A stretch of 52,332 bases of DNA, the filler included, from Trichosphaerium sp. ATCC 40318 (taxonomy: Eukaryota; Protista; Tubulinea): assembly GCA_038496445.1 (NCBI GenBank). It is 3 parts of 3 records of this genome, joined end to end, with 100 filler letters (N's around TTAATTAATTAA, not from the genome) between each part and the next. Parts side by side here need not be neighbours in the genome. Positions count along the whole stretch, not along the records: positions 1 to 13,753 come from JALMLS010000110.1; positions 13,854 to 34,900 come from JALMLS010000001.1; 1 more part is not named here. One strand, written 5' to 3'. The translations under genes were made by a program, and so were the position numbers. How positions within the stretch are numbered: position 1 is the first letter of the stretch; each line of letters begins with the position of its first letter. The notes under the pieces were generated by a model, which had not been told where the DNA came from, did not search any database, and saw only the letters and a list, made by a program, of their open reading frames with translations. This document shows, one piece after another, positions 12,508-27,060 of the stretch.

Positions 12508-13371
12508 ATCTTGAACAATCTTATAAATAAATCACCTACACGTGACGAGTATAAAAGAGTATTTAGAACATTGTACAATAGTTACATCCTATTGTAGTGA
12601 TGGTAAACGACTAGAGTCGAGCCGAGTTAAAATCAACTAGTCGACTTTAATTTGTTGATCAACCCACTCAGTGGCTGAGAAATTGAATAACTTTCAGAAA
12701 AAAGCGGGAAGAGTATCACCTTGAGCGCTATGATGACATTGTATTGCTAACATTAGAACAGGCTATATTTCGTTTTTAATGTAGATGTTCTTTCAAGAAG
12801 TGTTGACGGGAACAGCATATTTTTTACCTTGTCAAAGGGAAGACAGTACCATAGACGTTCAGTGGCTCAGTTGGTCGAAAGTATGGCGTTAGTCGACTAT
12901 TTAACATCACGTCCATATTGGAGATCCTTTCAAGGTCCTATAACTAGAACGTTGAATTCACAATTCTGCTTTGTAGCTTGTTATACCAAGAAATACCACT
13001 TGTAACCTAGATGTACTCAAATATTCCAGTACAATAAAATGTGTTGTCACGCCAACAAGCAGTTTTTTTGCTAATTCTTGGAAGGCTTTATTTCTACCAA
13101 CTTCAACAAAACTAGACGCTTACAACAGATCGAAAACTCTGCCGCACCCAATTTATAAGGTGCTCAGCTATTGTAGCTTTATATGAAACTGACGTTGACC
13201 AAATGTCTGTAACAGAAAAAACACGTGTCTTGCTACCAGCAATAATCTTAAACTTGATGGCATCAAATGGCATCAAAACGAAAGGCACATCATCTTCACC
13301 TAAAACTGTCACTGTAAACGTTATTCTAATGAAATCAATAGCTAAACGAAACAACGTTTGATTCCTGTAGG

Positions 13372-13746
13372 TTGCTGCACCTCCCAATGGAACTACAGCT
13401 CTATATCATTGATTTAGAAAGCGAAATAGATTACAAGTGGCCTTTGCTATCAAAATACACGGCAACAACAACAAGATTTGATAGAGACTTGAAAAAGAAT
13501 GCAAAGTGGATTCAGAAAGGACACCGTTTCAAAATCCTTGTTACTTGGAGTCATGGTCAAAAACATGGAGAGTACAAGAGTTGGTACCTTAATAGTGATC
13601 AAGTGTATGAGGAATACCAGCATGTTAATGGTAAAATTGAAGGAGAGTACAAGGTATGGTCTTCTCGTGGTGACTTATACAAGAAGTGTCATTATGTTAG
13701 AGGTCTGCTTAGTGGAGAATACATAGAGTACGACAAGGCTCATTGA
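13372..13746 (+). CDS. F-box-like + MORN-variant (YwqK-type) repeat protein
   Basis: LHLPMELQLYII...WPLLSK, followed by HGQKHGEYKSWY / NGKIEGEYKVW / GLLSGEY repeats. Confidence 0.7.
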   Translation: MLHLPMELQLYIIDLESEIDYKWPLLSKYTATTTRFDRDLKKNAKWIQKGHRFKILVTWSHGQKHGEYKSWYLNSDQVYEEYQHVNGKIEGEYKVWSSRGDLYKKCHYVRGLLSGEYIEYDKAH

Positions 13747-13752
13747 AAAAGC

Positions 13753-13853
13753 ANNNNNNNNNNNNNNNNNNNNNNNNNNNNNNNNNNNNNNNNNNNNTTA
13801 ATTAATTAANNNNNNNNNNNNNNNNNNNNNNNNNNNNNNNNNNNNNNNNNNNN
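13753..13853. other. Assembly gap with TTAATTAATTAA six-frame stop linker
   Basis: N-run, ttaattaattaa (13798-13809), N-run. Confidence 0.97.
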
Positions 13854-14142
13854 TTGACGGTATAAATCCTTCTTGTACTACGACTTTTACGCCTTTTTCG
13901 TTACGCCAGTACTTCCTAAACTCGCCGTGCTTGCGACCATTCTTGATTTCTTGAGTGATAGTTGTACGCCCGTTTTGAAGCTTCCATAGACCATGACGAC
14001 GCATTTTCTCGTTATATCTAGAGTTTGTAGCGGCGTATTTAGAAAGTACAGGCCATTTAACGAATACTTCATAATCGAGGTTGTAAATGATTGATTGTAG
14101 TTCCAGAGGCAGTGAAAGGAGTTTAACTAAACGATTCATCAA
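13854..14142 (-). CDS. F-box-like + MORN-variant repeat protein, 3' end truncated by the gap
   Basis: LLSLPLELQSII...WPVLSKYAATNSRY...NGRKHGEFRKYW; paralog of 13372-13746. Confidence 0.7.
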
Positions 14143-15695
14143 AAACAGAGAATATAGAGCGGTACAAAGGCATTTTAAGTTGAAATGGTAAAGTCCTTTT
14201 CTTTTTGTAAAGTAAACTTACGTTCGCTCAATGGATACCCACGATATTGTGTAGTGCTTGGAGTGATGTTTTCTACGCATTTTCGCTTCTCTACAAAAAG
14301 GGTTAGTGAACCAATTTTAACGAAAAAAAGGTATTCGGAGATGATCAAAAAGTCAAAAAAAGGTAGTATTTGTAAAGTGAATGAAAGTGCCGACGATTGT
14401 GTTGTGTACGGTTGAAGTCTTTGATTAAAAATTCACGAATTTTTTTTTGAATCCTAGTTTTTTACGCTAAACAGCATTGAAGTGCTGAAATAATGTTTAG
14501 GAGTGCTAGACGAGTATAGTCGTATGCAACTTGCAACTTTTTGTAAGCCTTGAAATTTCCTTTTTTGCAGCGAACTGAACGGATGAGTGCCGGAACAGAA
14601 TAGAGTTGCAGAAAAGGTAGGAACTCGATGCAAAAATAGTTGTTCATGTGAAAAACGTTTGAACTACAAAAAATCCAAAACACTGAAGATTTATTGAATC
14701 TACAGCGCCCAGATACATCAATTAGATGATGGAAGAAACGCAGGTGATCAACTTGAGCGTTTGAGGGATTATCATCAAAAACTCCCGCAATTAACGGGTA
14801 AAAGCCCCATATGGATTGTAATGATGTTGGTATTCTATTTTCTTCGGTTTTGCATTTAAAAAGCGCCGGCACAGTTTTTTCTATTTTTTTTTTGTGTTTC
14901 TCCTTTTAAATGGGCAAAATTCTTATTCAATAGGATAATGTGCGTACCATTAGACATTTTTTAGGAATCTTTGGTGACGTTGCTACACTCAGAAAAGGAA
15001 CCGGGTTTGACCCAATTTTCGGTTTTTACAACCAAATCCCGTTACACATGAACTATTTGAACTACACGAGATTACTACAAAGGAACTATCATTTCTAGCC
15101 GCGAATAGAACACCCTTTACAAAAAGCTTTTTTTATCTCCTGAAGTTTTTTTTTTTTTTTTTACATTAGTTTCACGCGATTAATCGTCATCCCAACTATA
15201 AGGATCATCCGCCTACGTCAAAAACAAAGTTAATTGTGTACGTGTCAATGTGGTAAAAGTCAAAAAATTCCTTTTGACCATGATGGGTCCACAATAGCGT
15301 TTATAGCGTTTATAAACGCGTCTAGTGCGTTACACATTGACAGTTTCGGGTATATTGGCTTAATGGGCGGTTTGGAGGCCGAAACGGCTTTGTTACAACT
15401 TTTAGTCAATAACTAGCGTAGTAAAAGTGCACGTTGAGATAATTGCAACCCAGTAATGCACTTTTACACCAACGCGTTCAAAAACCCCGACTCCTGTGTG
15501 CGACACAAAACAACGCTCACGCCATTGATTGGTGAATAAAAGTAGAACAAATCGATGTAGAATGCTTTAGTGAGTAATTGGGTAACGCGATTGGCAACGC
15601 AAAAAGAAGTTCCGGGTTGTTTCGTGCAGATAACAAAAAAATTTCACAAAAAAAAATTCGAACATTTCAAAAAAAAAAAAAAAAGAAATGACGAA

Positions 15696-18600
15696 TTACA
15701 TTCTCTGTATGTTTTTCCGTACCAGATAATGATCATCTACATCACCTAGGATGTCTTGTAACTCGAAATCAACATCCATCATAGCATCGTCGTCATCTAA
15801 ACCTGATACAGACTGGAAAAAAAAAAAGTTAGCGCTATATAACGTATAAATAACGTATAAAAAACTACAAGCGCGAAAACGTCATTAAATATTCCTAGAC
15901 CGTGATTGTGAAACAATATCGGTTTTCGGCCTCAATGGTAACCCCAAAAACGTGTGAACGATAATTTTTACGCGTTGTCGACCCGAACACCATCAAGCGA
16001 GCGTAATAAAAAAAGATCAAAAAAAAAAAACTGCAAAGCTTCAAAGTTTGTCCTTAATCCGTACATCATCGTCGTCTTCGTATGTTTGAGTAGTACAATC
16101 CCATAGGCGTAGAATACGTTGTAATCTGCCATATTGCTAACACGTGTTCGGTTAACTTGAAGTTTCTTTGTAAAAAGATCTGGCGTACCTCAAGCAACAT
16201 TGCTGACATGTTGTTTTCTAATACTACCAAGTCTAGTAAATCTCTACCTGGTTTGTATATCTGAGCAACAGGTTCAAATTGTCTTGTATCTGAAACACTG
16301 ATTCCAGATTCATTACCATCAGTAGAGCGAACTAAAACAAAAAGTTTGTGAATGACATTTTAGCTAAACAAAATTCACGAAAATATTTTCGTTCTAAAAA
16401 TATCTACGTACTTGCAAATACAACGTCACTGCTTCTGTCAAATTTAAATCTAGCCTGGTCGAACTGTGGACCTATAAATATGTCATATAAAAGAGATAAA
16501 ACCATTTCAATGCGTACATGTTTTGATTAACTTGTATGTCCTTACATCCCATAGTTCACTATTAATTAAACACTCATTTCCGCTTGGAGTGAATGCATCT
16601 GTTTATTACAAACTGTTACTTCCCACTGTGGGATATTTCAGAAAATATTTTACAACAAAGCAACAAAAAACCCTCAACAGGCAACAAAAGCATGAAAAAA
16701 CCACTTGGAAGGAAAAAAGAAACATGTATGTTACGTGTTAACTTACCATGACCGTATTCCGTAAATCTATCAAAAGAGTGTATCAATGACTTTGACCTTG
16801 GGATAATGTGTGAGCAATGTTTGATGAAAGAAATCATAAGTCTTTTTTTGCTTCTCAAACGTTTTTTCCCTGAGTGATAGCATGACTTTCTTGCTTTTTT
16901 TTGCCAAAAAAAATGTAACTCTAAATGTTCACAGATGTTTGCACTTACCGAATATCCCATAGCAGACCTTTAAAAAGTATAGTACGATCATCAACACTGA
17001 TTTGTGGAATTGCATCGTCGTGGTCGTCCAAACCATTTCGAGATGTTTGCCATACAACAGTACCACTTGATACATCAACATAATTTATAGCTCCATGCTC
17101 AGTAAGACCAACAATACCCGAATTGTCGCGGGTTAACTTGGCTAAAGAAAAGTTAAAAAAAAATCACAAGCAGAACACGTTTCGATGTGAAGTCCTAACA
17201 TTATCACAAAATCAACATACCATAGGCAGCACTGAGGTCTATTATAGGTTCTGTCATATTATCAATAGTCCAAAGGCAAGTGTCATTTTGCAAACCACTA
17301 AAGAAGGAAAAATTAATATTTACAGTAAAAAATCTTAAAATAGGCTTCTTTGAATGATATTCTCAGTCTGCGACAAACTTCGTACCTGTACACTAAAAAC
17401 CTTTTACCATCATTTGCGGCTTCAATACCGAGAACAGATTCATGTTTTGTCTCCCAAGTATGCTTATACAAAGATCAATAAAAGAAAACAAAGCATAGGT
17501 GTTTTTTTGTCCAACAAAATTCATACCTTTGCTTCGCCACCATCAAGTCCATATAACATAATCTCTCCTGTAGGTGTACCTGCAATTAAATTATTTGCAC
17601 CCAATACAGACATTGTGGAGTATCCATATTCCTGCTCCTCGTATAACAATGGAGTAGGCTGTAATTTATTCCATTTTAAAGATGCATCATGCTTTACACC
17701 ACCAAACATGCCACCATGCTTCTTTCCTACTTGTGATGCAAAGAAACGTGATGCAAAATTTGTTGGTGCACAATCAGCACGTATTGTTTTAATCTTCTCA
17801 GGACACTACAAAGAGTAAGACACTAAAGAAAAAAAAGAAAATTGTAATTAAAAAAATATCTTTGTACCTTATGAGGCCGTAGTAATGATAATTCCGGAAG
17901 GGTTGCTATAGGGTGTCGACAGTGTCGGTGTTGATTGTGTAGGTATCTAAGAATGGTAAGAAATTAGAAGTTTTTGTCTGTTTTTTTAAAACGTACTCTG
18001 TGATTATCTTATTTAACATGGTACCCTGTAGTCATAACTGTGAATATAGAAACAAACAACGTGAAATTCGCAAAATAAAAAATTCTCAAAAACCTAGGTG
18101 GCTAGGAGAAGTGCGTACCTTTTCTCTTGCTATTTTCTCTTTTTTTTCTTTTTTTTCAGTATTAGCTTGTTCATTTATTTTGTAAGCTTTTACTCTGTAT
18201 TCCTTCGTATTTGTATTAGTATTTGTATCTTTCAAGCTGTCTTGAGATGATTTCAAATCCTTTACAGGTTTATCCTTAGGCGTATTGGTATCAACTGGCT
18301 TTTTAGGTGCTAGTGACTTTGGAACTATTAATTTTTGTCTTTTCCTACTTAAAAATGTTTCCCCGTCAGGTTTTCTCTTTCCCAAGCTAAATGTTCGCTT
18401 ATTAAGGTTTAATTTACCCTCTCTAGCAAGCATATCGGCTGTTCTCTGATAGTAATTTAGCAAAAACTTCACAGTAGATGAAGAATGAAGTCAAAATTTG
18501 TTACAACTAAAAGACAAATCGGAATCCGACTGGACTTACTGTTAACCCTTGAGATGCCAGGTGAGCATGAATCACTTGTAATAGTTCTTTTTGAGAGTAT

Positions 18601-21600
18601 GTAATAGTTGTAGCATTAACAATCCTGTTTGTCTCAAGTCTAGCAAGTGCGATATTGCTCTGATCTCCCATTTTAAAGTCAAACTTTTGATTATCCTTAC
18701 CATCTTTTCCAGTCAGACTTATCCTACTTAAAAGTCTATTCGCAGCTTCTGCAAAGTCTTTTCTTTGTTTTTGTCCAGTATGTATTGGATACTCCTGTAT
18801 TTGTAGAATATCTTGAAGAATCCTAAATAGCTTCTTACTGAGCACTTGACTGATCATTGGATCTTTTGCCAAATATCTCAATACTCGACAAGCGAGTGTC
18901 TTTGCTTCAACAACACCTTCACTATTCAATCTTGCCTTGACGACATCTACAAGAACACTAACACCATTTGCTGCTCTTAATTGTTTGACAGCGTTTGCGA
19001 TAGGAGAATTATCTTGATTGTCGCTTGGCACTCCTTTCAGAAAATTTATTATAATCTAAGAAAAAATTGTATCGTTAATAGATTATCGTGACTTGAAGAA
19101 GATTTTTTGAAAAATAAACAGTACCTGAAGAGCATTGACGATCAAATACATATTCTCAAATTGTAAGAAATCGTGAACAATATCAACAATACAGATAAGA
19201 CCTAATTTTGTTACAAATGTGGAAGCCCAAAACAACACGTTTTTTTAACGGCATACCTGATTTGTCACCATTCTGTACTTTTAAAAACTCGTCCCTCACA
19301 GCTGGTATAAGTGTCATAACAGCTACTATTGACAAAAGCTGAATGAGTGAGTCTTCACCCAACTGAAAGTGGTCCATATCTCCTGCGAGAAAAGCATACA
19401 TTACAGGAAGATGTTGAACAAGCGAAGGTAGTGGCGTTGCAGGATAAGTGTTCACTAAACCTTTACTAAAAGCTCTTACATATCCCAAGCAATGTGTAAA
19501 GACTTTTTTTTCACAAACCTCAATACACTTGTATCCAGGTATAGCTTGCTAAGTAAAAAACAAATAAGTTATTTCAAGCAATTTTGTTATCTTTTTGTTT
19601 GATGAAATTATATGTGTGACGTACTAGTACTAAACCTTTTCGCTTAAAGTGCTCTTCATTCAAGCGGAGAGTAACAACAAAGTATGTATGCAATGCATTG
19701 ACACTGTGCTTAAGTACTGTCATGGCGAGAGTTGTTTGATCATTACTAGCAGCAACTTGTATACGTTCAACTGCCTTGAATATCTTTTCTATACCATGCT
19801 GTTCCCCAAAAATCTTCATGACAGTACCATACTTTAAAGCAATACCAAAAAAACTCATTATGGACTTTATACGATGTTGTGCAGTGGCACCTTCAACAAA
19901 AAAAAGTTAGGAAACAGAATGTAAAACACGTATGACGCGTTACCTTCTATATCTTGATCAAGCACCCACAATGCACGTGAAACTATCGTTTCAAGGTCAG
20001 CTCTGTTACGCTTGAGTGGCGTTAGGATCATTCAAGAGGTTAGATGCGTGTGGCGACGTACTAGACATATTTGTTCCATAACAGAGGATGCTAGATAGTA
20101 TAAGGCATTGCAAACCTCTACTGATAGATACAATGCTTCTGAGGACGTCTGGCGAGCTTTTTTGGTTGTTAGAAAAAGCTGTCGGAGATCAAGGTTAAGT
20201 CATACCGATAGCCTGTTCGAGAGCCATTAAGCCACCTCTATCCACGAAAACAGAACATAATTTCTTATGCATCGTCATACTTGTAACAAGTGTTATGGTT
20301 GCCTTTAAAATAGCGATATTATCTAGTAATGTGAGTCAATGTAAACACTTCCAATGTCCACTTGCTACAAATTGCCAAAAAAGAACAAAATGAAGAAGTT
20401 GCTTCATCGCAACCAACAAAGAGAAAATGGTTGTCAACGTTCTCCAAATGTATTTTACTTACCACTTTTGAGGTAGCTGAGTATGATATCAAGACCTCCT
20501 CCCATAAGTACGGGTCTAATTGACATTTAATACTTGACACATTTGGTGACACATGTCAAAAAAAAATTCATTGAAAATGACTTTGCCAGTTATTGTTGAC
20601 TTGTACCCTATAGCGTTGTGGTAAGAACCACAAACCGTCCAAAAACACTCAAGAATATACTGTTGCTCCATTTTAGCAAGGTTATCAGCGGACACATGCA
20701 GAGAGGAAAGCGGTGGCTAACGACGTTAGATATTTAGTTGATTTGATTCAGTGAAAGTACTTTTACAACGTCCATATCAGGTGTCGTATTCTTCACTACA
20801 AGGCCTTCTCCCTTTGAAGAAAATTATTTAGGATGCTCCAGGATTATACTAAGGTTAAAAGAAGGTGAATACGCACAAAGGATTTCCCATCAATTTTTTT
20901 GTCAATGTACATTCTCAATCGTTTTAACAAGACCTCTCGGAACTATCCATCAAAAGTAAGCCGTAAATAACTTAAAAAAAAATAAGAGTACCTCCAGAGA
21001 TACTTGTTCGCTTTCTTCGTCCATTGCATCCTACCATATTATAAATTTGTTTTTTTTTATTTATGTAATTCGAAAATGTATATTTTGCATTTCGTAGCGC
21101 ACCAAATACGACGCTAGAGTTCCAGTGGCATAAACGCGCATAGGAGAAGCCTTTTCTTCGAGCACCAGTTTGATAAGTTTGACTGTGTCAAGTTAGTGTA
21201 ACGGGGAAGCGAGGATAAGTACGTACCCAGTATAAGCTCTTCTTGAGTATCCGAAATGAAGTAAAAAGCGCCTCTACTTGCGGCTACAATGATCTAAACG
21301 CAAATAAGCGAATAAAAAAATCAAAGAAGTTTCACAAGATAGTTTCTCTAAAATACCCTGCAAGCTGCTAGTGTGGCGTCAGGGTCATCGGATATGAGTT
21401 CGTTTGTTATGAGAAGTATTAGATCTTCGTCACCTTGTAGACATTAATTAAAAACGTAGTTTGCGTTCTTTTAACCTTCAAATGCACTCAATAGTTGTCC
21501 TAAGCATGGTTACTACGCGAAACATGTCATTATGGTCTTACCGATTGGCGTTCCTTCTCGTACTTCATCTGAGCCTTCAATAGACTTGTTGCGCTCAATG

Positions 21601-21916
21601 AAAGCGGTTTCTTCCTGTTCTAAGAGCGCGGCAAGTCTGTAAAATGTAAGTCTGTTTTAGATACTGGCCAAACAGCGTACCGATGCAAATTTTGTATTTT
21701 TTGGGCTTGGCTGGTATGTTCAAAACCGACAGAATTTAAATGTTCGAGAAACGTTTGCAGAAGAGGGTCTCCATACATATCAAACGCATCGCCGCCATCA
21801 TCGTCCATTAACTAGTAAACTTTAGGCGCCTTACATTGTTTTATTCCAACTTGGTCGTATATTGATTCCCCATCAAGTTGCTCGAACGAATCAGAGGCGT
21901 CACTATCATCAGACAT
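15696..21916 (-). CDS. DCAF1: DDB1- and CUL4-associated factor 1 (VprBP), multi-exon
   Basis: ARM-like region (AKTLACRVLRYLAKDPMISQVLSK). LisH context (IVNATTITYSQKELLQVIHAHLASQGL..TADML). FASRFF..KHGG motif, WD40 (FTPSGNECLINSELWDVR) and an acidic tail. Confidence 0.9.
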
Positions 21917-22177
21917 CAGTTTTAATCATTTTCTGAGAAGCCACACAGAGTCAATGCAATTCTGTGACAAGCTGACCGTTTTGCCTTGTAAAAAGCTGTA
22001 CAAGCGAACATCGCACCAAAATGCCGTTGATGTTCACTAAAAAGTCCTCGACTCGTCGTACGTGTAGAGCCTCTATTCAGTCGTCTTGGACTATACTTCC
22101 TTGCTAGAGGAACGTTCCCTTAAGCACAGAAAACTGATACAAATTCAATTTGTGTTATAGTGCTGTCTGACATAGCA

Positions 22178-23293
22178 ATGCGTATAAACGATACTCTGGT
22201 AGTACTATCCTTCTTTATTGCATGCGTAGTCGCAATTTCACTTGACAGATCAGTTCAATGCCCACATAGTAGTTGTACGAGCTTGACAAGCGTTTAAATG
22301 CGACTCAAAAATTGTCGTTTCATTTTCCTGGCCAAAAAAAGTCTGCTAGTCTTTTTCTTCTCTCAAACAGCGTGAATATCATACAGTACTCTTTTGGACC
22401 TGTTTGGATAGAAACGGACAAATTCTTTATTGAACAAAACCAATACGGCTTGGGTTGCATCTCATTTTTCTAGTGGATTTACGAGACGACGCATCTTCTT
22501 TTTATTTCCACAGCTCGGGATCAGAAGACTCAGATCGCGTTACATACCTTCCCACTAACTCTACTGTGCGCTCTACAATTCCAACAAGGTATAACAAATT
22601 ATACCTAATAGTTTTGGTAGGGTTGGATAAGCATTACACCTAACACTAAGACTGTACATTTGGAGTATAGCAACAGTACGCTCTAGAGAAGCTCAAGATG
22701 TTTATGTATTTCCTTTAGAAGCAAGTACAGCTACCATTTTGGTAGCTGTTATCTCAACAAGTGATGGTAATAGTTTTACACACAGTATCATGTACGCAAG
22801 GAAAATCAAAACAATCACGTGCCAGTACAAAAATTTACTTGTTTTCTCTCTGGCCTCTGACGCAACACATTTCACGTCTTTTTTCTAGTTTCGTTAATGA
22901 GGTATAAGGACGGAGTCATTTGAAAATATGTTATCCATTCCAATTCCATTTGACGTCAGCAAAGTCAAAATAGACTGGACAAGATGTACTGCAATTACGC
23001 TACAAGAGGCTGAAAGCAAGAGTACGAGAACATCAGAATCACCAAATACTCCCGTAGTAGAGGCACCTATTGACCCACCATCGACTAGTTTAAAGGAAAA
23101 CACGGTACGTATTTTGTTGAGACTTATTGTTCTAATATGTTCGTTCTAGCCTTTATTGGTTTTCCTTTGCTTGGGAGTTGCAATAATCGCTGTTGCAATA
23201 ACAATATTTATATTCATTGCATTAAAACGCATGTTTGGGTGCGACAAGAAGTCGCACAGTATCATCGCTCAAGATAGCGTTGCTTTGGTGTAG
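22178..23293 (+). CDS. Predicted single-pass type I membrane protein
   Basis: Signal peptide (LVVLSFFIACVVAIS), several exons, S/T/P-rich stalk, C-terminal TM segment (LLVFLCLGVAIIAVAITIFIFIAL). Divergent from DCAF1. Confidence 0.6.
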
Positions 23294-24213
23294 TGGTATT
23301 TTTGTTTTGACGGTATAAAAGCACTGTTTGCTGGACCTCCGAAAGATTAGCCTGTACTAAGATATATACTCTGTAATAAAAAATATAAAGTAGTTGCCTT
23401 GCAGAATGTAGATAGGCATAAGTAGAATAGTTTGATGGTAGCCGGAATCTTGTGATTGTTGTGATAGAAATTATCTTACACTGAGGCAACTGCAATGTGC
23501 TCTGATAATACGAGGCGGTTTCTTGTGCTTTGAAAAAACAACAAGAGGTTTTTGACATTATGGTACGCCAGATTTTATTTTGGGTAGCATTTATTCGGAA
23601 AATATCAAGTTTGACAAATGCACGTGACTTTATGAATTTCATATCACTAAGACGTTAACGCTAATGTCAATTCCAAGCATAAAACAAATAATACTACTTC
23701 AAAAGCTACCACCAGAGACGTTGACACATATTCTAAGTTATTTAAACAAAATACAACGCATTAGAGCTACTACAGTCTGTAATCTTTTTAACAACATCAT
23801 TCGTCACAATATTGGCTTCGTCGAGATCTATTTAGAGCATTCGTCAGACTGCGACGTTCTAAAAGGCAATCCTTTGCTTAAAAACACTCGAATTAGTATT
23901 GATTGTAGCCTTTCTGAGGCTGCATTACACTGCCTATCACGTGCTCATATCTTAGATCTATCAGAAACGACAATAAAAGATAAAGATATCCTTATTTTAG
24001 CACAAGAAGGAAAGCATACCATTCATAAAATTAACTTGGCTTCAACAAATATAACTGATGTTTCATTAAAGGCACTTAGAGCTGTACAAACACACTTTAA
24101 AATAATACCATACTTTTTGAAAAATAAAACCATACTTTTTGGATCTCTAACCAGTGTATTTTATATGAAATAAAGTAAACTTATTCTAGTTATTTGGATT
24201 TAACAAATTGTAT

Positions 24214-26620
24214 TTATTGATTGTATTGTAAAGTTTTTTGCTGAAGTGCACTTAAAGTCCAATTTACTGGTAGCCATTGTACTGTTAACAAATCTTCATA
24301 AATGTTATCATCTGCAAAATCATCATAATTAATTTCCCATTGGTTGAATTCTACTGAAAAACATTCAACAATGCCACTATACCATCCAACACTATCTATG
24401 AACACTTTAGCCAAAGCATTGATAAGATTATACCTTTATCTGAATCTTCTTCAGTCCAAAACACTTTTATTGTTTTGCCATTAATCTTTAACACATCTAC
24501 ATTTGGCAAACTTTGTGCAACAGAAACACGTCTTTTTTTCCTTTCTTTAGGAAGCCAAGATTTGCGTCTTTTTTTTGGAGTACTTATAGTTATTCGATTT
24601 GTAGTGTATAAATCGTTATTCTCTAAAAACAATAAATGAGAATATTTTAGTGGTTTTACCTGTTAAATTGCAATATCGATATTGATAATCCTCATTGTTT
24701 ACCCAAGACAACATGTCATATGTAGAATTTGCTGGTTTGCCAAAATTTTGTTCTAAACATTGCCAATATTTTTTCACTTCTGTTTGGTGTATATATGGTA
24801 AAAACCATCTAATATTGTCAATTTTTGCATCTGATATTGCTTTAGGCTTAATGATGTTAGGAACAGTAGTTGGTATAGCTTTTTTGAAAACTAATTCTGC
24901 AGGTCTTTGTGTTGTCTAAGTAAAAAAAAGTTATTTTTGAATTATAATGGTTTAGTACATACTTCCCATGGTTCAGCAGCTTGTGCAAAATTTTTACATG
25001 CTAAATATACTTTGCCATCAAGTTTTTTAAATATTTTGTAAGCATGAGGTAATTTATGTCCTTTCATAGAACCAACATAATCAGCCATCCAAGTTTTTAT
25101 ATTCCATATATTGGAAAAACTTTGAACAATTGGTTTGTCTTTCATAGAATGCACAGTTTGTTGCAATTGTTTTGGCCACAATACATCTACACTTCTTAAT
25201 TTTTTTTTTAAACAACCAAAAAATTGATCTATGTCAGTATGTGTGTGTCCCTAAAACAATTAAAAACAGCACAATGTTCAAAGACACACTTGTAGTAGAA
25301 AATATATATGCACTTCTTTGAAAATATTTTTTGTAATCAACCAAGCTAATGTATATACCATCCATTGGTTTTTTACCTCTCTACTACAATTGTCTGCCTA
25401 ATAATGTGCTTAGCAACAAAATATTTTAAAACCATACAGTGATTGCTAAAATTGGAGGATGTTGTTGTTTTTGGGAGTGATATTGTTCAATGCTTAATTT
25501 TAAGTGCCACAATAAAGTTGACACAGAAAAATTTGCATCTTTGGTATATTGTGATTCATAACATATCAATAAGTTTTTTAAATGTAATCCATGATTATTA
25601 AACCCTAAAAAAATTAATAATTTGTTACCATATAACAACAGATACCCATAGAATGTATATCAAACTTTGGAATTCTACTAAATTTTTTTGGAGATCTTGC
25701 AAAATGTGGTAATTGTATTCCATCTGTTCCATCCATTGCAATGCTCATCAATTCATCAGATGTTCTAGCAACCAATTTACGCTTTTGATATTCTATTCTT
25801 TCTCCTTTATGCAAACGCATGTGGTCTTTGTACTCGTTTAAAAATATAGTGCTTTGTTCTTTTGTGGTAGACCATTTGATCAATTGTTGCAAATATTCAC
25901 ATGTGTCACAATGACATAGCCTATGTATATATTAAATGCCATATTTTACATTAATATGGTACTTAGTTCTGTATCCAAATTTGACATTTGAAAAGTGTGT
26001 AAATAAGGTGTTGTTAAAAGTAGCAAATGATGCCACACTTCCTTGTTCTTCAACAAATTGTTTATACAAGCTTTCTTTGGTTTCATGGTGTTTTAACAAA
26101 ATCTACAAAAAGTTAACCTTATGTTGTTCTTGAATAACAAGTACAATATCTTGATTGGGCAAATAATCTGCATAAAGTATATATCTGTTTATCCAAGCAA
26201 TGCATTTGTTGGTTTTTTTTGCTGTTTTATTTCCTATATTACCATGAGGTGCAGGAAATTCATTGTTAATAGCCAAGTAAATAGCTTTTTCCAGTTTATG
26301 TTTAGAAATTCCATAAATTGTTTGAAAAGCAATTCTACACACTGATCTTCCTCTTTAAAGTCATGTTAGTAATTGTCAATATAATACAGTACCTGAATTT
26401 ATATTGCATATGTTGTTTGTTTGGTAATGGCACCATTCCCATCAATAAGTTTTTCAAAAAAATAGTTCTAGCATATTCATTTTGAAGTAAATATGATTTT
26501 CTGGCAATAGACACATGTTGTGTAGAAAAATACTGTTTGCAATTACATCGACATGACAATGTAGCATATGCAGTTATAATACCAGCTTGAGAATATTTTG
26601 TACTATCCTAATAAATATGT
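24214..26620 (-). CDS. Sola-type DDD transposase (intron-containing) with C-terminal Tudor-like domain; further 5' exons probable up to ~27300
   Basis: VCRIAFQTIYGIS, HGN, CHCDTC...H...ER..Y, SIAMDGTD, ADNCSREVKN and GHTHTDIDQFF motifs. Tail IKVFW...GWYSGIVECF...WEINYDD. Confidence 0.85.
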
Positions 26621-26669
26621 GTCAACATGAAACAGTGACAATCAAAGTACAATACAAAAATACTAATTG

Positions 26670-27060
26670 TAAACCACAGGTGATTACACTACATAACTCA
26701 CATATGACTTACCAACATATACATACCACTTGTTATTATCTATATATAGAAATTACATGTGGTATATGCATTGGTAGGCATATGACAATATCAAAAACAC
26801 ATGTGATATAATATATAAACCACATATCTTACCAATATATATATACCACATGTCTTGACAATATATAGAAATCACATGTGAAGTACATATATATTAGTAA
26901 CCACATGTGTGTTATATATCAATAGCCACATATGACTTATATATGTTATTGTCAATATATAGATGTTGTATGTGAATTATGTTGGTAATCACAAGTGAAG
27001 TTTCATATCAGTAACCGTATATAGATATAAGTATTATGTGATATATAAACCAGTTACACA
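26670..27060. repeat. Degenerate short-motif array (CACATATG/CACATGTG/ATATATAG) inside the transposon
   Basis: Recurrent accacatatg/atcacatgtg and tatatagaaat motifs in both orientations; non-coding. Confidence 0.5.

Noticed and set aside
12860-12935. tRNA-like A-box (TGGCTCAGTTGG)
   Set aside because: No B-box (GTTCRA) or cloverleaf follows.
13372-14142. Convergent pair of F-box-MORN genes as a physical cluster
   Set aside because: They are separated by an artificial N/TTAATTAATTAA linker, so adjacency is unproven.
14985-16880. CACTCAGAAAA as a CACTA left end paired with TTTTCCCTGAGTG near 16865
   Set aside because: The match is imperfect, there is no TSD, and the pair would enclose DCAF1 exons.
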